In this document: one piece after another, positions 26,301 through 38,100 of the stretch
Layout: every line of letters starts with the position of its first letter
How positions within the stretch are numbered: position 1 is the stretch's first letter
Source: Azolla caroliniana
Lineage: Eukaryota > Plantae > Polypodiophyta
Assembly (NCBI GenBank): GCA_043228905.1
Contig: JBHGNT010000003.1
Coordinates: forward strand, 22,692,001 to 22,756,000
Reading direction: 5' to 3'
Length of the DNA: 64,000 nucleotides
Position numbers and translations under genes: made by a program
Notes under the pieces: generated by a model
The model's database searches: none
Told to the model about the DNA's origin: nothing
The model's input: only the letters and a program-made list of their open reading frames with translations

Positions 26301-29300
26301 AAGAAGGGAACCATTGTATGTATATCTAAATACTATGGAGAATAATGCTGCACCAGAAACTTCAGTTTTTTCAACGAGTGAATCTGTGAATGTTTATTTT
26401 TTGACTTGTACTTCACTGGTTCTACTACCTGAAACTTCCAGGTGCAAATGCTGAAGAGACTGCAATCAGGCATACAAATACATTAAAAGGATCTATGCAT
26501 CTTCTGTGTAGCAGCAATGTCTTGATGGATGAAATACAGTTTTGCCCCAAAACCTACGTAAGGAGGAAGAAAAGAAAGAATACACAGGATGATTCAAAGG
26601 CGAATAATGTGTCTGTAGATCAAACATCAACCACGCCAGTCAATGGCAGTAATAGCAAATTTGTATCTAGTTCAATACCATCCTTTTGTCCCAGTTTGAT
26701 CGGAAGTCTTCGACATGGGCAAGGTATGCCATATGATTCTTTTGAGGCTTTATCATGATATTTTTTAGTCGCTATGCTTGTTGGTCTAATGGCATCCAAA
26801 ACCATCGTTAAGCATGCTATTAAAGTAATCATTCTTGGACTTATTCTTGCCACTCAGTAATATAAAAGGATTTATTTATGCAAATTTGGAAACATGTTTC
26901 GATTTTGTATAATTGAGGGTATTCTCTGAATAGAGTGTATGCACAATCAAGATTGAAAGTTCAATCTTCCCAAAGGAGAGATTTTGTGACTGCATAACAT
27001 GTTGAACACAAAAGCCACTAATATGCATCCTAGATGGTAGACATTTGAAGAAAATCCATTGGACATGTGATTAACCTTGCTAAAGACTCCAGTGGGCCTA
27101 GGAGATGGTAAAAATATTATTAAAAGTAATCTGGATCTAAAATAAGATATAAAAGAACTCATGCTATTGTATAGTTCAAAACATTTGAATGTACGAAACA
27201 ATTCTTTTAGTTGCTTCCTGTGATCTCTTGAAATTGGGCAAGCCGCAGCTGAGGGCCAATGGTCCCTAGATCAGATGAGCCATACATGCAGCTCCTGGAT
27301 TGAGATTAGCATTGGGAGCTGATGTATGTGGAGGTACCTAAAGTTGGGCTTATAAAGTCATTTTAGGGTAGACCCTATATAAAATCAGTTAAAATCTATA
27401 GGTGAGTGGTATCCAATAGTTTTTTTGAAGAGGTGACTCGTAACAGGTAATGATAGATTCATTTAAAGTTCTGAAATTCAGCTTTGTCGCTGATGATCCG
27501 TAGAGGTCATTGTGGAAGCCCTCCATGGAGGTTTTTAGTGTCGAAATATTTCTAAACTGCTTGCTTTGTTTTTAATGTTTGGGCTCTTTGTTATTTATTC
27601 TCTTTGATTTAACATTAATAAACAAATGGCAAAAGTAGTGGATGTCTTTGGGCCAACAGAAGAAACCTAGCTTAATGGAAGTGAAAATAAGTGGTAGTGA
27701 GTAAAAAATCTCAAGGAACTGTTTTTTTGTTCATGTAAGATTTCTCATGGTGGTTTGGTGGGGTTCTCTGCCCCCTTTAAGTTCCTCAGGCAGGTTTCAT
27801 CTTGATAGTGTAGTTTATTCTTTCATTGCTGTTGATAAACGTGACAATATTTTTAAAATTTTTAATTAGAATGTCCCTTGAAAGTTGCATCTTTTTCTCA
27901 CACTAGTAGCCCATCACACATTTATTAACCAAATTTGGGCTTGATAGTATTACTGTTTTACAGTCTTGTAATCACTACTTATTGTCATGGGTGGCAATTC
28001 AGATATGTTGGCCAATGATCTGAACATTGTGGGTGGCATGAGAATGTCAGTTCATGATCCCAATTTGATCCATGGCAATGTTGAGATTGCTGATGATTTC
28101 AATCTTATGGGTGGCAAAGTAGAGATGCTGGCCGATGGTTCAAATGTAACAAGTGAAGAAGTAGAGATACTGGCTAATGATTCAACTGTTATCGGTTACA
28201 AAGCAGAAGTAGCAGCCAAAGATTCAAATGTGTTGTGTCGTGATATAGAAATAAAAGCCAATGGTTTCAATGTTAACAGTGGCAACATCGAGAAAATGGT
28301 TGATTCTAATGCTCTTGGGGCCAATGTAGAGATGCCGGATGGTTTCAATGTTAAATGTGAGAATGCAGAGATTGTGGCTGTTGATTTCCGAGGTTGCATT
28401 GCAGATATGCGCTCTGATGATTTCAGTGCTACACTTTGCAATGCAAAGTTTCGAGCTAATGATTTCAATCCCACATGTAACAATATAGAGATGGCAATGG
28501 ATGATTTCAATATCTCGGTTAGCAATGCAGGGATGCTGGCTGATAATTTCAATACCAGAGGTGGCAATCTAGGTATTCTAGCTAATGGATTCAAATCCAC
28601 AGATGGCAATGCAGAGATACTGAATAATGATTTAAATGCTACATGTGGTAATACAGCTATTAAAGATAATGACTCTAAAGCTACACATAGCAATGCAGAG
28701 ATATTTGTTTCTGATTCCAATGCTAAACGTGTCATTGCAATTCCAGATAAAGTTCTCAATGCTACACATAGCAATGCAAACATTCTGGATAATGACCCTA
28801 GTGCTACGTATAACAATGGAGAGATAGTGGCTGGTGATATCAACAACACATGTAGCAGTACAGAGATGCCAGCTCATATTTTCAATGTCAAACAATTCGG
28901 TAATGGAGAGATTTCAACTGATGGTTTTAGTGTCAGAGATGGCCCTGTAGACATATTGTCTGCCGATTTTGATGCCACAAGTGGAAATAAGGAGTTTTCA
29001 GCTGATGACTTTAATCCTACCTGTGACAATGCAGAGGTCTTGGCCAATGGTTTCAATGCTATGTGTGGCAAGGATGAGAAGTTGAATGATGATTTTCGTA
29101 CATGTGGTGATGCTGTGATGCGAACTGGTGATTTCAGTGTTGCTCATGGAAATACTTTTATACTGAGTGATGATTCCAATGGGAAAGTTGGAAATGTTGA
29201 GATTCAAACTGATGGGCCCAATGGTATGGGTCATCTTGCCAAGTTACCAACTGATGATTTCAGTGACGGCAACATAAAAGTTCTTACCAGTGACTGCAGT

Positions 29301-29432
29301 ACAAATAACAACAAAAATTGCAATTCACTAATGTTGACTGATAATTTTGATGTTTTATGTGGCAACACAAAAAACAGCATTGAGAGATTAAGCAGTGGTG
29401 CAGTCAACAGTCTTCAGAGGTTAGCCGTCTGA
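17353..29432 (+). CDS. IDM1/ROS4-like chromatin protein: tandem Agenet/Tudor, Tify-binding Zn domain, PHD fingers and GNAT acetyltransferase, with a possible C-terminal repeat exon
   Basis: Exons with consistent phase: 17353-17421, 17885-20164, 20275-20392, 20464-20552, 20645-20883, 21856-21942, 22025-22124, 22218-22669. Less certain exons: 24141-24228, 26101-26224, 26442-26723, 28003-29432 (1785 aa if all are used). Motifs: [12 protein letters not shown] (Agenet), TVLSWLID...[42 protein letters not shown] (PHD), [21 protein letters not shown] and [19 protein letters not shown] (GNAT). Confidence 0.88.
20995..21300. repeat. Intronic ~100-bp tandem repeat x3
   Basis: GAATCCTRTGATTGACTARCTTYTCAG... 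at ~20997, 21097 and 21195. Confidence 0.85.
24940..25360. repeat. Intronic ~108-bp tandem repeat x4
   Basis: TGGGAATATACCTTACCAATGC...AGAAACCATTGACTAACTTAAAACATG at ~24942, 25051, 25159 and 25265. Confidence 0.85.
27987..29432 (+). CDS. 481-codon ORF made of ~33 imperfect 14-aa repeats (consensus close to EILANDFNATCGNA); last exon of the IDM1-like gene or a separate ORF
   Basis: Stop-free for 1.4 kb in AT-rich DNA. The repeat period is clear at the protein level while the DNA has diverged, which suggests coding constraint. Confidence 0.75.
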   Translation: MGGNSDMLANDLNIVGGMRMSVHDPNLIHGNVEIADDFNLMGGKVEMLADGSNVTSEEVEILANDSTVIGYKAEVAAKDSNVLCRDIEIKANGFNVNSGNIEKMVDSNALGANVEMPDGFNVKCENAEIVAVDFRGCIADMRSDDFSATLCNAKFRANDFNPTCNNIEMAMDDFNISVSNAGMLADNFNTRGGNLGILANGFKSTDGNAEILNNDLNATCGNTAIKDNDSKATHSNAEIFVSDSNAKRVIAIPDKVLNATHSNANILDNDPSATYNNGEIVAGDINNTCSSTEMPAHIFNVKQFGNGEISTDGFSVRDGPVDILSADFDATSGNKEFSADDFNPTCDNAEVLANGFNAMCGKDEKLNDDFRTCGDAVMRTGDFSVAHGNTFILSDDSNGKVGNVEIQTDGPNGMGHLAKLPTDDFSDGNIKVLTSDCSTNNNKNCNSLMLTDNFDVLCGNTKNSIERLSSGAVNSLQRLAV

Positions 29433-32400
29433 TTTCAAATGGAAAGGAAGAAAGACTTTCTCTACGAGAAGATTAGACATGAAATGCATCTAATATAATT
29501 GGGAAACGGTGTTAGAAGTTTGAAGACTATTTAAATAATTCTACTGGAAGATATCAGTGAGATCTGCTGAAAGTAAGAGATTATATATGAAAATGATCTA
29601 ATACGATTGGGAAATAGAGTTGCACTTCCAAAACCATTTAGTGTGATGATATATCTACCAGAAAGACATCACTCAGAGATCTACTGATAGTGAAGAGGAC
29701 TTGATAATTTTATGTCCAAAATATGTCTTAGTTGGAAGGTTTGGTGATTGATTGACATTTTTACCAATGCGTGTACAGCACTAAAATCTAAGGGTCAGCA
29801 TTTCTTCAGTTGATCTTCTCATGAGTTTTTGTTCCCTTTCTTTTGTGAATAGCTGAAAGCTATTATGAAGCCACATAGTTTCGTAATTTTGCAGAGATTT
29901 TCAGCTATAAAGGCTGCCTTTGGGCAGTTCTGTAACGTATATACAGATACATATACCTTGTAAATATCGATATTGGATCATGAAAATGAGAAGATTGACC
30001 CAGTTTTCTTTCTAGAAGATGAGGGAAGATATCACGTTTTTATTGTAGAAAGAACTTTGAGGATCTATTACTTGCTCCAGAGAAATTACATGATGATAAT
30101 ATCTATTTGACCTCTTTCTTTTGTCTCTGTTTTGCTCAATGATTAAATCAAGTCTCTCTTGTGCGGGACACTATCTTGCTTTTGAATGGGTAAATATATC
30201 CCAACAAATATGCTGAGTAATGTTATTGTTTATGAGTATCAATGTGTACAGGTCTGTACATGCATAAAGATTTATTCAAAGTCTTTGGTGGAACAAAATG
30301 AAACATCTTGTTCATTAAAATGAACTGAACAAACAGTTTTCTTCTGTGTCACATATATTAGAGAGAAAGATGTATTTGTGGCCATGGAGATCTTGGAAGG
30401 TAACATTGAGTGAAAACTAATCTTGTTAGTCTTTTATTATTGTTGTTTCCTCACAGTAGAAATACCCATCTTATTATTTCTACAGCATTCTAATGTGGGG
30501 TCATGTGAGTTCTTGTATTATTGTTACCCGAATGCCCATTTTCTATAATTATGGTATGTAAGTCTCATTAAATTGGAAAAAGAAGAGAATTCACGTGTCA
30601 TTACTTTGCAGAAACTCAACTTTTTGGGTGCTATGCTTATTTTACTTGATAACAGAATATGGGTCTCCCACATAATTGAGAGGAAGCCATTCACTACACT
30701 CCATACTTTTATTCTTTGGTTGAAGGGACTTGGATCCATCGTGATTAGTACGAAACAAATGACAACATATTGTAGTTAGTTATTTTCGTGCTAGACACTT
30801 AAAGCCATTTTATGGATCACTTCGCGACATATGATACCTATGATTCTCTCCTTTAGAATATGACGGAATACTTTAGTGAAAGTAACCGAGTAGCTTTCTT
30901 ATTAAATTGCAGCACATATGGTATTTACTCTATTGAGGCATTGACAAGATGACCTCCATGCTCAAGCCTTAGGGAATTGTTTCAACAATGCTCTGTGAAA
31001 ATTATTCTCGAAGATGGAGTTGGTGGTTATGAGAGAATCATTCTTCAGGAGACAAGGTCCTTCAACCAAGCATTGATGTGACAAAGCGTCGTACCACAAA
31101 TAAGTTCTACAATTATTATATGACAATCAATTAACATGTGGTAATTTTAAGTGATGTTTGGCTTCCCAAAGCTCTTTGAACGGTAGGTTCACTTCTAGAT
31201 ATTTGAAGACAATGTTTGAATAAAACTTGCTTGCCTCTAGTAAATCCTCGTCCTCAACTAATCCAATGCTTTGATTTCAATCTCTTTACTAGTTCAAGAT
31301 CATGACAAGTATTGCCATTCTCATCACGTGATACACTAGTCAAGATGTGGAAGAGAAGACAACATTTTCTTTTTGGTATTTAGGTTTTAGCTAAGGCATC
31401 GCATTGTATTGAAACAATGTAATATAACTATATAATGGTGTGTTTGCTGACACATTCTTGAATTTTTTGGTAACCAATTCAATCCCTTATTGATGTTAAA
31501 GAGATGTCACTTTCTCGAGGTTCATGGAAGAATTTGTTGAGGAAAGTTGTTCAAATTGGAAGGGGGCACAAGAAGAATTCAAATAGGTGATAGAGAAAGA
31601 GATAGCTTGAGTTGATGTCATAGGTTCAACTTATCATGTTTTAACTTAGTTCATTGGGATAGGGAAGTTATAGGATGAAAGAGAAAATTTTCTACATGCA
31701 ATATAAAGTTATGAGGCCCAATATGGAGGTATATGATAATGATCATAATGAAACATGCCAATCAATGTATGACATTTTGGATGCATTTATGCATATGAGG
31801 GCCGGCACCAAATACATAACTCATGAGGCCTAATCGTCCACTAACAACCTTGATTATATAAATACTCCAAAAGGCTTCAATCAACATCAAGTAATCGTAA
31901 CATTGAGAGTCAACTCTGGAGAAAATATAGGCTTGAGCTCATTCAAGACACATACATCACATGGTAGCTAGGTTTGTTTCTTGTGTGTCGAGAATGTGTT
32001 CAATTCAAGACGATAGCTCATATGTTGCCCAATTCCAATACCAGAGATCAATAATGTTGGGCAATCAATTCATACTTAGGATGGACCTTATTGTCATATG
32101 ATAGTATCAAATGATTTCATATGATAGATACATTGGAAGTGTCCCACTCTGTGGTCCTCAATAGGTGTTCATATTTTGATCTCTATGGAGTACACAAAAA
32201 GAAAAAAAATCTCTGTTTTCTTCCCCTGTTTTCTTTTGTTCTGTTTGTTTGCCCAATCTTCTCTTCCTGAATCAAGGGGGGCTGGTTCTCTTTCTTGTGA
32301 CAGAATAGTGCTGCAATTGCAGTCACAAAATCAGACTTCCAGAAACTGTCTCAGCATCTCTTTCACCCACATCTGGAATTCTCTCCACACATTGGTATTC

Positions 32401-32849
32401 AAACTAATCAATCGCCTGCTAGTAATGTCATACGAATCATGTAACATATTTTTGTTTTATGATTTTCAATTGTAGATCAAATTGTGCATATTTCTCCTTT
32501 TGTGGCAAGTTGCAATATACAAATTAAGTTCAGAAGCAGGTGACGTGAGGTTCCTTTACTTCAATGATTCAGAAACTCTATCTAATGTTACTAGTGGAAG
32601 CTCCATGCAGTACTTCGACATATAAGCATGCCACTGAATGTATACGTAAAGAATACAAAGGAACTCAAAATACAGGTGAATTGTCTGGAGCAAGCTGTAT
32701 GCGCATATCTAATGACAGCCTGTGAACTTTCGTGATAATACTGATAAACAGAAAATCTGCATTTTCTCGGAAACTGCATTGACAGAGAGAACTCATAGTT
32801 GTACTGATTATTTGTACCATAAAAACCTAGGAATGATGCCATTGTCTTT

Positions 32850-33215
32850 TAGGTGCTGTCTATGATGAGACACCATGTCAAACATTTCTTCAATAGAGCA
32901 ATGTGTGAAGGTTCCCGACTACTATCTTGACGATCTTCAAGCGCAGAGATCCCATGATACCTAGTGAGTATAGAACTCCCATGATTGGTCATTACTTGGC
33001 CAAACTATATGAGTCGATCCTAGTGTCAGAATTGAGGTTATGGGCAGAGAGACATGGCTGGCGTTCAACTGGACAGGCAGGCTTCCAGATGGAGTTCACC
33101 ACTTTGGATCACATATTGACCCTTTGAGCCTTTCTTGGGTAAGTAAGAGCACATAATAGGAGAAATTATTGTTGGTTTGTGGATTTCCAGAAAGTCTTCG
33201 ACACTATACTATGCA
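32850..33215 (+). mobile_element. Non-LTR (LINE) reverse transcriptase fragment
   Basis: Translates to IFKRRDPMIPSEYRTPMIGHYLAKLYESIL...QAGFQMEFTTLDHILTL*...CWFVDFQKVFDTI, the start of a LINE RT domain. Contains in-frame stops. Confidence 0.85.
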
Positions 33216-33696
33216 CGCGGGTTACTACTTTTTTATGTCTGGAATTTTGTTTTCTGCAGATTGCTTCTCAATTTTGATATATTAATACAGATATCATTGG
33301 ATGGACTTTACAACGTGGATTCCAAAGTCAGTGAGTTCCCAATGTAAGTTAACCATATCCGACAACCTCATCCAAGAAAGCTAATTGTTGCCTAACTATG
33401 TAGAATGCAATGCAACGTAGAAATTTATGTACATTTTGGGGAAGAAAAAGACACTTGTGCAGATTGATGTGAAGCGAGAGCTTGTGCTTATTTCCATCTT
33501 CAAAAGTGATGGGTATTTTTCCAGTTTAGTTTTAAAAAACTAGGTTTTTTGTTTGCTTCACTTACATAAATAGAATATAAACTCTGATGTACTTTTTTCT
33601 CACTATCTGTTCGGATAAAGAGAAACATAAGAATATCTAAGGGCACGCTAACATAGGGGCATTTTAGAGTATTATCCTAAATTCAATCTATTTCAG

Positions 33697-35441
33697 ATGA
33701 TCACCCCTGAAGATCAGAGCGTATTATTTTTTGATAAGATCCTATCAGCTGCTCTTAATGCAAAGTGCATATCAATTGCAACCAAAGATAGGTCTCAGCC
33801 TTTAAACGCTTGGATTGTCTTAATGATTGTGATCTCAAATGTTTTGCTTTTTCAGGGCCAACGTCAAGGTTTTATTGCAGGTGTTCTTCTATATTTGAAG
33901 GATGGCATACTTAGGAAGATCAAAAACTGGGAATGACATGCCACCAACTAGCCTTTCAGAAATATTTTCTCGTGTAGAAGAACAGAAAACATGGTCCTCT
34001 GAAAGTGGAGAGAGCATGGGTATGGAATTAAACATTGTTACGTTTGCTAACTTTGACATGGCCTAAAATGAATCTGGGCAAGATGCCAAATTATCTTCTT
34101 TATGCAGATGATATGAATATTGATGATGGTGAAGGTGCTGAAAGCAGTGAACAGCAAGTACAAAATTGAAAGGTAGGGATAACATTTTCAAAACCCCCAG
34201 TTTTGTGAAATACAAAATTATCAAGGATGAGCTTCTGGGTGTGCTAGAGTATCAAAATTCATACTTAATTGGCCATTGTTAATAATCATATTTTTTGTGA
34301 AGTACAAAATGGTATTTGGTGTAGAGTACTGCCATACCTTTGTCTATTCTAGAGTACCAAAGTGCATGCTTATGTTGCCATTGATAATGCTCCTACTTTT
34401 GAGAAGTACAAAATTGTACACGATGAAGAGTACTGTCATGCTTTTTTTCTAACCTGGAGTATGAAATTCATGCATATTCTGCCATTGTTGATGCTCATAC
34501 TTTTGTGAGGAACCGCTGTACTTTTGCCCATACTAGGGCATCAAAATTTAATCCTGAGTTGTCATTGTTACTTACTGAAGGGGTGGAGAATACTATTTCA
34601 TACTTTTGTGTACACTAAAAATAAGTATATGCTAGAGTGTCAAAGTTCATACCGTTTGCTTTGGGCATTTTTTTTTTTTTCATGTTTTCATGGACGTTGA
34701 CAAGATAGTCCTCTTTTTCACCAAGTAAGGGAAAGCTTTCTGAGCTTTCAGATGATAGAATAAAACTTTTATCTGGAGAAGATGGTGACAATAAGCCTGT
34801 AAGACGTAGTACAGATGAAATCAAGGCAAAGTATGGACATAAAACACCAGGGGTAAGGTTTCTTGGACACGCTTAAAAGAGACTCGAGGCATGTTAGGTG
34901 GCAGATACACTAAGATACCATGGATTATTAAAACATTTGCAAGAAATACCACTCTATCTTTTAAAGTCACTCAAATGTCCCTCAGCTACTTATGAAGTAT
35001 CCTTGTAAAAGCCTAGGATTATCACGGTAAAATATATAAAACTCTAGGTGTGTGTATCTACATAAAGTCAGTCTAGTGTTTCTTTTCTGATTTCCAGGAT
35101 GTAGGGAGTAAAGCTGGAATGGCAGGAGATAAGCTGCTAGAAAGACAGGAAAAGCTTGAGGTAGCTGATGGAAACCTTTTGTTGTGAAGGATTTCTTTAT
35201 ATTGAAATGGACAATTCATGATTCTTCGGTTTTGACAACCACAGATTGTTGGTTTGAAATAGATAGTTTATGATTATTTGGTTTTGAGATAACAGTCTTA
35301 GTGGGCCAAATAATGATATTTTTTAAACATCAGGTCCTCGACAGTCGGACAGAGGAAATGCAAAATGGAGCAGAAAATTTTGCTGCAATAGCAGAAGAGC
35401 TGGCCAAGGCAATGGAAGGAAAGAAATGGTGGCAATTGTGA
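33697..35441 (+). pseudogene. 5'-truncated tomosyn/LGL (syntaxin-binding protein 5-like) gene relic with intact C-terminal R-SNARE exons
   Basis: Exons ~33697-33791, 33856-34019, 34109-34171, ~34720-34852, 35098-35160, 35334-35441. They encode MNIDD, KPVRRSTDEIKAKYG, DKLLERQEKLE and RTEEMQNGAENFAAIAEELAKAMEGKKWWQL*. In-frame TGA codons occur at ~33934 and ~34167. No WD40 exons were recognised upstream. Confidence 0.75.
34195..34660. repeat. Degenerate ~90-110 bp intronic tandem repeats
   Basis: TTTTGTGAAGTACAAAAT...CTAGAGTATCAAAATTCAT..GCCATTG recurs 4-5 times. Confidence 0.65.
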
Positions 35442-38100
35442 TATGTCATTGCCATCAGTTAACATAATCATATGGTGAAATTTTCCAATCTTAATCGTTT
35501 GTATTCTCCATGCCATTGCAGTTTTGTTGTTACTCTTTACTGCCGTAATAATTTTACATTACAAACTGACAGAGATTGCATTGTATTAAAAAGTGGAAGC
35601 TAGTTTGATTCAGAATACGATGTTTCGTCAGTCACTTTGTGAAGGGAATGTAGCTTTTGAAAGCTAATAATACAATACGAACTTAGAAGTTAAAATAAAA
35701 TTAGAAGGGTGTATAGCTTATTTTGTATACACAGCAATGTCTCATTCATTTGCGACAACAGTTCAATAGATCACCACACAAATACCATCCTACTAAATTT
35801 GAGTTGCATATCCTTCATAAAAATGAGTGAGGCAGTGTTTGGAAATTGTGATAAGGACTTTAAGCTTGGTTTATGTCTAATCCAATATGCACTCCTTGAC
35901 AATGAACTTATTATAAATAACACTCCCATAATCTTCTTTATGCTAATTTATACTGTATTCCACATTGCTGAAGGTAGGGCATAATTTCCGACAAATCATC
36001 ACATAATATTATTCTTCTAGGATTGAGTTACACATATGGATGGCCTGTTAATAGGAATGCTACTACAATAATTAAAATATTGATGCTTGATTTGTATTTA
36101 CATGATATCTTCGGAATATTGTCGATTTTCATGTGTCAGGTTGTGGAAAAACATTGTATTTTGGCATTCGTGGGATGGGGGTAAAATCAGAGTGCTTTAT
36201 TCACACCTACTTTTCCCACCAGTTTACTGAAACAAAAAAGAATCAACTTTTTGGTGAATTAATTGACATCCTTGGTGGTTTTTGTGATTGTGTATATGGT
36301 GAGGTCTCTTGAGAACCCATTTTATGAGCATAAAAAATCAGATGCTTTGCATGATCTCCCTTTGCGCTGCACAAATAACGACACCACATCAGAAAGTGGA
36401 GTTGGATAGAAAATTTGATCCATTTTAGCGTTAATCAGGCCTAACTTAACTGGCCAACTATGATCAAACATGGCATGATGTCAATGATGCTGCCTTGACA
36501 ATTGGCCAAATTCTACACATACATGTTCATGCAGATGATTAATTCTTGCAGATCTTGATTTGTTGCCATAGATATTTGCATGAGATGACGAGGATTTTTC
36601 CGACAAAAAGAGCAACCTCTCAAAATTTAAGCATATTGGTTTTCTTCATTAGATTTTTGTTTGATGGCTAAGGTTGCACTTTCAATATTTGAACATGTTA
36701 CATCTTGAAATAAAATATAAACTGCTTTGAAATTTCTATAATCTTTAGGGTAAAAACCTTGAAGTAATTAAGACACATGTTAATAGATGATTCCCATGAA
36801 TTTACATTCAAAATATTTAATGCTAGAAATCTCATGAGAAATTTGTCTCTATTTGTCATGGGCTCTTGACATTGACAAGGAAATATATCATATTCTTTCA
36901 ATGAATCATGTATGCCAAATTCTCACCCATGAGATTGTACAATGACAAGCCTAAGTGGGGAATTATTAAGGTCACATCGAAGGCATGATTTTGAGAGGTC
37001 TCTCAAATAGATTGAGACATTATTATATCATATATGTATTGGAATAATTTTTTTCACCTTGCACATCAATATAATTTTGATAAATACCCGCTATACTACA
37101 AAAATATTTCAAGAGGTTGAAGCATATTTTTAAATAAATTTGTTGGACACATATGATAAAGCCAAGACATACTTTAGAATAATTAAGAAAACTAAGCATT
37201 TCTCTTTCTTAGATTCTTAATACTTAATGATATTTTCTCATAACTTCTTTCAATTATCAAAATGATATAAGATTCGAGAAGAAATTTCTCTCACTGAAAC
37301 ATAGAAAATAATCTCTTATTAGCCCGTATAAACATTATGTGGTATTTTCTCAAAATTAAAGAAAATTATTCCTCATATGTAGAAATTTTCTCATGAAAAA
37401 TTTGTGTAAATTTAACACTTTGTCAAAACAATAAATATATTTCTACCATGAAAAAATTAGTTAAGGAACCAATTCCTCATATGAGAAGAAACAAGATATC
37501 TCCATTTGCACTTGCTTGTGTAGGATTTGAAATTAATGCATGAAATCTAACTACGATATTTTACCACCATAGTTTAAATGCACTCGGTCCGAAAGTTACA
37601 CTATCATAAAATAAAAACTACAAAAATATGCTTCATTATTTTCCAAACTACCCAATATACACTCGAACAACATTAGAGGATCCTAAACCACATGAAAAGT
37701 AACTATGTGTGAACAAATAATAAACTTTTCAAAGGCGTAAATGTTGACATGAATCTCCAATAATAATCATCATTAAGCGTAACACGCGTGCTTAATAATA
37801 TCGGTTAATATCAATATTCTAGTCTGAACCTCTTCTATACTTAATATATATATATGTGTGTCTATATATATAAATTTGAAGTCTTTTTCTAGTGTTTCCT
37901 AATGAGTGCAAACCCACTTTCTAATAAGAAGATTGAGAAATCAATTAAGCATCCAATACTCACAATTCCGTTTTCTAATACAAGAAGCTTAGCTTGATAT
38001 TTGAACCAATTAAGACATTACTAGCTCTACATTTCTCTAATTTCCAAAGGCCAAATCATAATTAGATCGCGTAATTAACAAGACTCAGAGTTGACAAGTA

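Noticed and set aside
28196-29234. Antisense ORFs up to 217 aa
   Set aside because: Shadows of the repetitive plus-strand ORF.
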